Origin: Amoebidium appalachense | Lineage: Eukaryota; Protista; Ichthyosporea | Assembly: GCA_963693365.1 (NCBI GenBank) | Contig: CAVNZM010000010.1 | Coordinates: 8,185,794-8,249,793 of the forward strand | Direction: 5' to 3' | DNA: 64,000 nt | Shown: positions 51,398-64,000 of the stretch, in pieces | Position numbering within the stretch: the stretch's first letter is position 1 | How the letters are laid out: each line of letters starts with the position of its first letter | Notes under the pieces: model-generated | The model's input: the letters and a program-made list of their open reading frames with translations, nothing else | Told to the model about the DNA's origin: nothing | Databases searched by the model: none | Program-made: the position numbers and the translations under genes

Positions 51398-53002
51398 ATG
51401 TGTGTCATCTGTGCACGTACGACATCGTAGACCTTGCCCTTGAAGGCCAGCAGCAGGGGCTTCTCTGGGTCCTGGCCGTCATATGTGGCCAGCTGGGCCA
51501 GTGTGAAGGTACGGGTGGCAGCTGCATACATGGGCCATGAGAAAATGCCTCAACTTTGTACCAGGACACCTATTCGTGCACATGATGTAGCCACATGCAC
51601 ACACACACACACACACACCCACACCCACACACACAAAATTGCGCAAGAAGTCCATCCACCCCTTTCCCCCTTGCTCTTCACTCCTCACCACCACACACAC
51701 ACACACACCACTCAAGTGCCTGCCAAGCCTTGCCTGCCTCCCTTTCCGAGGTTGCCCCAACAGCTTTCAGGGAATTTAGTCACCAAAGACCCCCCCTTCC
51801 CCCCCCCCCCATCTTCACAAAGCCCCTTCCCCCCCGTTTCCCCCTACCCTCCCTCCCTTCCCCCCACCTATTAAAACCAAAAAATGGTCGTAGCGTCCCC
51901 CCCCCCCCCCCCCTCTCCCCCCGAACCTCTCTGAAACACTCTCACACCCCTTCATTCATCCGCACCAAGCACCTCAATAGCAAACACTACATCTCAACCG
52001 CCTGGTTCTTCCATGGCTGCAACGAACACTTAAACAATCTTGCGCGCACAACACTCCTCTACCATTTCAAAGCAGACAAGCAGCGCCTGGTTAGCGCCTC
52101 CCCCCCCAACCCAGCCAACCACCCACCCCTCTCTTCCGGCACTACTACCATGGGCACACAGGCTAAGCAAACAATGTTCTTTGCACGCTGCAGGAATGCC
52201 ATAGCCTGCTTCCTAGCTTAACTCACTCTACTCAATTCTCGACACCTCTTCTAACACTCTACCGTGACCCGCTCCCCCTCCCCCCTCCCCCCCCCCCCCC
52301 CCCCCCCCCACAAACTTCCTAATTGCTCACACACTCTCACCATTTTGCCTAATGGTAAACCCTTCCTCTCACGTTCACCCTTCCCCAAAGCCCACCAAAC
52401 CCCAGCCCTCCACCTCCCCCCCCTCCCCCTTTCCCCCCAGGTCCTACATTCAGCAGGGTCAAAGTAGGGCTTGTCCTTCTTCTTCTTCTTCTTCTTCTCT
52501 GGTGCCGCCTCCCCTGCCGGCTTCTGGGCTGCAGCCTCAGCCTCTTTCTTCTTTGCTGCCTCTCGGGTGTCTACGGGCTGCAGTGGTCTTGGTGGGGGCC
52601 TAACCAGAATGTTGTTGTCCAGAAGTTTCTGCATGAACTGCGCCTTGTACTCTTCATAGGCCTCGATAACCTCCTTGTCACGCCCAAAGAAGTTGGTCTG
52701 CGTGGTGTACTGCGACACCCCCACAGCGGCCGCTGCCAGGAAACCAATTGTGAAAAGGAACCGACAGAGATTGCCACAGCAGGTGTTGCCGGACTGCCTC
52801 GGTGTCACACTCCTCGGCTTTGAGTGCACTGCAAACATACCGATAGGGGGGTAAGGGAGTGGATTAGGAATAGAGGGGGGGGGGGGGGGGGGGTTTGAAT
52901 GCGTCAAAAAGTACGAAGTACACAAGAACACACGGGGGGGGGGGATATCACTGGAAAGGTGGGTGATGGTGATGGTGGTGGGATGAAGGGGGGGAGGGAG
53001 GA

Positions 53003-53039
<37 letters not shown>

Positions 53040-53760
53040 GGTAGCGAGAAAGAGAGAGGCACAAAGAGAGGGGCCAGAGCTAGGGGGAGATGCAGGAATT
53101 GTGTTTGTAGCGGTGGTGGCAGGTAGCCAGGGACGGAGCAGGGGGAGGGGAGGGGGGAGGGGGGTATATGGCCTATCAGTTGATGGCCCAACATAATATC
53201 TTATCGACCCCCAACTGCACATGGACGACTTGGTCTATGCTCACACGGGTTAAACCTCTGTGTTCATGTGGAGAGTAGGGTGCTTACACACAAAACGTTA
53301 ACAACAGCAAAGAAAAGGAAAGATAAAAGATGAAAATGAAAAAAGGCACATGAAAAGAGGGTAATCATGTGTTCTGCCTGTGCGATAAGGGGTTAAAGCA
53401 AAAACGGGGAGAAAGCGCCCCTCAGGAATTGTGGAAGATGATGGAAGTCGGTGCAAAGTACCTACCGTGGTGTCAAGACAAAAGGCAAAACTTATAAAAA
53501 ATATTGGGTATGAGGGTGCTGGATGAGTGGGTGCGTGCGTGTGGGTGGGTGGGTGAGTGGTTGGGGGGGGGGGGGGGGGGGGGGGGGGAGGGAGGAGAAG
53601 GGGGGGGTATTGACCCCGTGCACTGGTAGTGAAGGCGGGGGATGGTGGGTTATGGCTGAAACGGGACGACCGGAAACTGTGAATGAAACAGGTTTTGCGT
53701 GTGTGTGTGTGTGTGTGTGCGTGGGGGGGGGGGGGGGGGGGGGGAAGAGGGAGGGTGGGG

Positions 53761-53810
<50 letters not shown>

Positions 53811-53943
53811 GAACAAAGGGAATCAGGTTTCACTGGTGGAGAAAGGTTTTGATACAGAAAAACTCACCCTTGACATCCTCCGGTGACTTTTCGACCTCCT
53901 CGGCCTCTGCTGCCTTGGCAACGGCTTTCCTTTGTGAAGCCAT
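49289..53943 (-). CDS. MAPR-family cytochrome b5-like heme/steroid-binding membrane protein (neuferricin/neudesin/Dap1-like, ~257 aa); exons 53943-53868, 52828-52448, 51521-51421, 50416-50349, 49436-49289
   Basis: [52 protein letters not shown]...LDEWVGFY...YTYVGKL, plus an N-terminal hydrophobic segment FLFTIGFLAAAAVGV. GT-AG introns; 774 nt in frame. Confidence 0.9.
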
Positions 53944-54609
53944 GGTTGACAACTACAACTACGAAGGGGGCCGGCACACTGGTGTTTTCCAGTTGTTCTC
54001 AGGCTGTCAAAAGAATGTTGGCTGAAAAACCACCCGAGTTACGTATCGTCATTTGATTGGCTACTCCACGATAAACCCAATATGGTTACCACAATCTCTT
54101 TCTCATTGGGTCATTTTGGCGCCAAAAATCGTGATATTACAAAAAGTGCCAGCTTACTTGCTTCGAAGGTCAGAAAGGGAAGGCACAGAAGCTACTTCTA
54201 AGGCAAAACTCGAAACTGTGAAAGACCTGGAAAGGAAAGCGTGTTCATATGGTAGCTAATAGCTTGTTTTTAATTTTTCTCGAGCACGAGATCGGTGCAT
54301 TGATTGTGAGCTATAGGGACACACTTGTGGGTGAAGCCCCCAAAAACTTTTGAGCTACCCGTATGTTTTGTTGCCACTCCACAATCCCCTTCCATCCCTC
54401 CACAAGCATTCCTCGCTTCTGAGAGTCATGCCTTGTGGTTTCCTGCCTTACAATATATCCTCAGTGCGCATTTTTGGTGTTGCTCATTTGCGATGGATTA
54501 AGCGCAAGGTCATCAACTGGTCAGTAACATTACCATAACGAGTGGAGGGGTTTCTTATTCTTTGCATAAACGGACAATAGTATACTTTTTTCTCATTGGC
54601 TGCTAAACA
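53944..54609. promoter_or_regulatory. Putative bidirectional promoter with an E2F-like palindrome and CCAAT boxes
   Basis: 666 bp between divergent ATGs. TTTTGGCGCCAAAA at 54114-54127; ATTGG/CCAAT near 54056, 54077, 54105 and 54595. Confidence 0.55.
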
Positions 54610-61981
<7,372 letters not shown>

Positions 61982-62774
61982 AACAAAGTGTGATGCCCAT
62001 TGTCAGTGATGATCATGATGTGACGCGCGTATTTAGAGTCGATGGGAAAGAATGGTATGTGCATGACCATGTTTATTAGAGACTACGTATTGAACATCAG
62101 TAACTTAGGTTCTGCCTAGACTTGGTGTCACTTGGTACGTATGAATTGAATGCGACATGAATATTCCGAATGTCTAATATTAGTAGCTGCCGTAGCAAAG
62201 TCTCAGTATTTTTATAATCCGTTTCATAATACTAACTATTCTTACAATTCGAAGCAGGTAGCTTGACATGGATCAACTAATAGGACATATTGAGCTTATA
62301 ACATCTAACCAGTATTTGGCGCCCGTCATTGTGTAATCATTGTGTGTGCCACCCGCATGTGTGGCGTGCACGTGGCCATCGCCATCATTGCGGCCATGGC
62401 CACCCTAATTCCTGTGTCGGAAAGGCCTTATGCGCGGCCCCAGGCGCGTGCTGCTATAAAGATAAAATACGGGGCACACCAGCCTCTCCCCACATGTATA
62501 CAGTGCTGTGTCTATACCACCACGTGTGTGTGTGTGTTTGTGTGTGTGTGCCAGTGATATCGCGCAAAGTACAGACCGTGCACGGTGTAATCTCTGTTGA
62601 CATGCCAAAGTGCATCGTTGGGTAATCATTAATCAGAAAACACAAGATGTCGCCGGATGAATAGAACTAAAAACGGAAAACCATTTTGCTCCAGTCATGC
62701 CTACAGTAGCACAGCTAGACACCACTGATATTTATGTTGTTCTGTGTACTGTACACGAACTATGTAGCACTCGT

Positions 62775-62823
<49 letters not shown>

Positions 62824-62859
62824 GGCCCTGCCTCTGACTCTGAGCGCCTGCATGCGGCC

Positions 62860-63065
62860 CACAAAGCGCGCCAAAAAGCTTATCGCACTTGATCAGCGCG
62901 GTGCTACTTTTTATGGTTTTATAAAGCACGTAGCTATTGGCCGAATCTCGTTTTCGGATCTGATTGGTTGCACTCCCACATGTGCTCTCACTGCTCGGCT
63001 AATTCCTAGATCATCTGATCTAGGAGACTGAGCGTCACCAAAAAGTTTTCGCGAAATTTAAAGCC
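62860..63065. promoter_or_regulatory. Putative promoter with E2F-like sites and CCAAT boxes
   Basis: GCGCGCCAAAA at 62866-62876; TTTCGCGAAA at 63047-63056 followed by TTTAAA; ATTGG near 62936 and 62963. Confidence 0.4.
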
Positions 63066-63442
63066 TTCCGAATGGACTCTACAAGACTCGAGTCTTCAAC
63101 TCGAAATCTTTTCACAGCAACACCTACAACAATAAGTGCTACAGTACTAGTGTATATTGACTGAAGATTTTATCACTCTGTCACCATACGTTGCTTTGTT
63201 TCCATGCCATCTGTGTCTGTGAAGGTGCCGTGCCAGCTGTGTGACACAGTTGTATAGTGGTCGCAGAGATAACACTTTGCTTCACCAAGCACAAACGGCA
63301 GACATGTTTTGAGACATACGTGCACAGCTCATTAAAGTGCGGTCACCAGAAACCATTTCATTATAACGCCTAACGCGCTCGCATAACTTGGTGTTTGAGG
63401 TATAGCTCACTAATCCTCAACTGAGGACAAGGGCTGGGGAAG

Positions 63443-63502
63443 ATGCACATCAGCATATATGGGTCGGAAACCGCCCATGACGCCAGGGGGAGACCGTACA
63501 CG
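63443..63502 (+). CDS. Probable first coding exon of a PX-domain (sorting-nexin-like) gene continuing beyond the window
   Basis: MHISIYGSETAHDARGRPYT|gtatgt resembles the first two strands of PX domains (cf. the SNX17 N-terminus MHFSIPETE...AYV). It has a good donor followed by a typical GT-repeat intron, but only 20 aa are visible. Confidence 0.4.
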
Positions 63503-63780
63503 GTATGTATAGAGGCTTTTTTTTAATTAGTGTTTTTAGAGCTTAAAAACAGGCAATGCAGGATTGTTACACCATCGGAGTGTGCTTACGTGCCCATGAA
63601 GTGCGCTTCTGTGTACTGTATTTTCTGTAGCACTGTTGGGCTATTCGCAATTATGCTCCTGTGAAGTCTCATGCCTGGTTTTGGGAATGGACGGCCGAAG
63701 TGCGATTCCTTCTTTTCTCTTTTCATCTTGAACTGGTTCGTTTCAGGGAAAGGAGATGTGTGTGTCTGTGTGTGTGCGTG

Positions 63781-63861
<81 letters not shown>

Positions 63862-64000
63862 GGTGGGTGGGTGGGTGGCCGGTGGGTGGATGGGTGGGTG
63901 GGTGGGCGGGTGTGGATGTGGGTGTGTGTGTGTGTGTTGGGGGGAAGGGGGGGGGGAAGGGAGAGAGAGAGAGAAGAGAGAGAGAGGGGGGGTTGAAAGG

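Overview
This is eukaryotic genomic DNA with GT-AG spliceosomal introns packed with (CA)n/(GT)n microsatellites and poly-C/poly-G tracts. The gene content suggests an opisthokont, possibly a unicellular holozoan; that is inference only. From left to right the window holds: (1) a 2-exon gene for a protein with one atypical C2H2-like finger; (2) a 42-bp hairpin-forming satellite; (3) a full-length, young Ty3/Gypsy chromodomain LTR retrotransposon (10826-19204, minus strand, GATAG target-site duplication, no canonical tRNA primer-binding site); (4) a 39-bp hairpin minisatellite; (5) a 3-exon paralogue of the finger gene ending in WRPW-stop; (6) a 13-exon selenocysteine lyase; (7) an intronless RGS+C1 protein with a 19-aa repeat; (8) a perfect 29-bp-stem hairpin; (9) an intronless 358-aa orphan ORF; (10) a 5-exon MAPR/cytochrome-b5-like protein head-to-head with (11) a 9-exon REC114-like meiotic gene; and (12) a probable first exon of a PX-domain gene. 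The best candidate for something undescribed is the pair of C-X4-C-X13-H-X4-H finger genes, one carrying a Hairy/HES-type WRPW Groucho-recruiting tail. All exon models were assembled by eye with reading-frame checks. No database searches were run; family calls rest on motifs recalled from known proteins.
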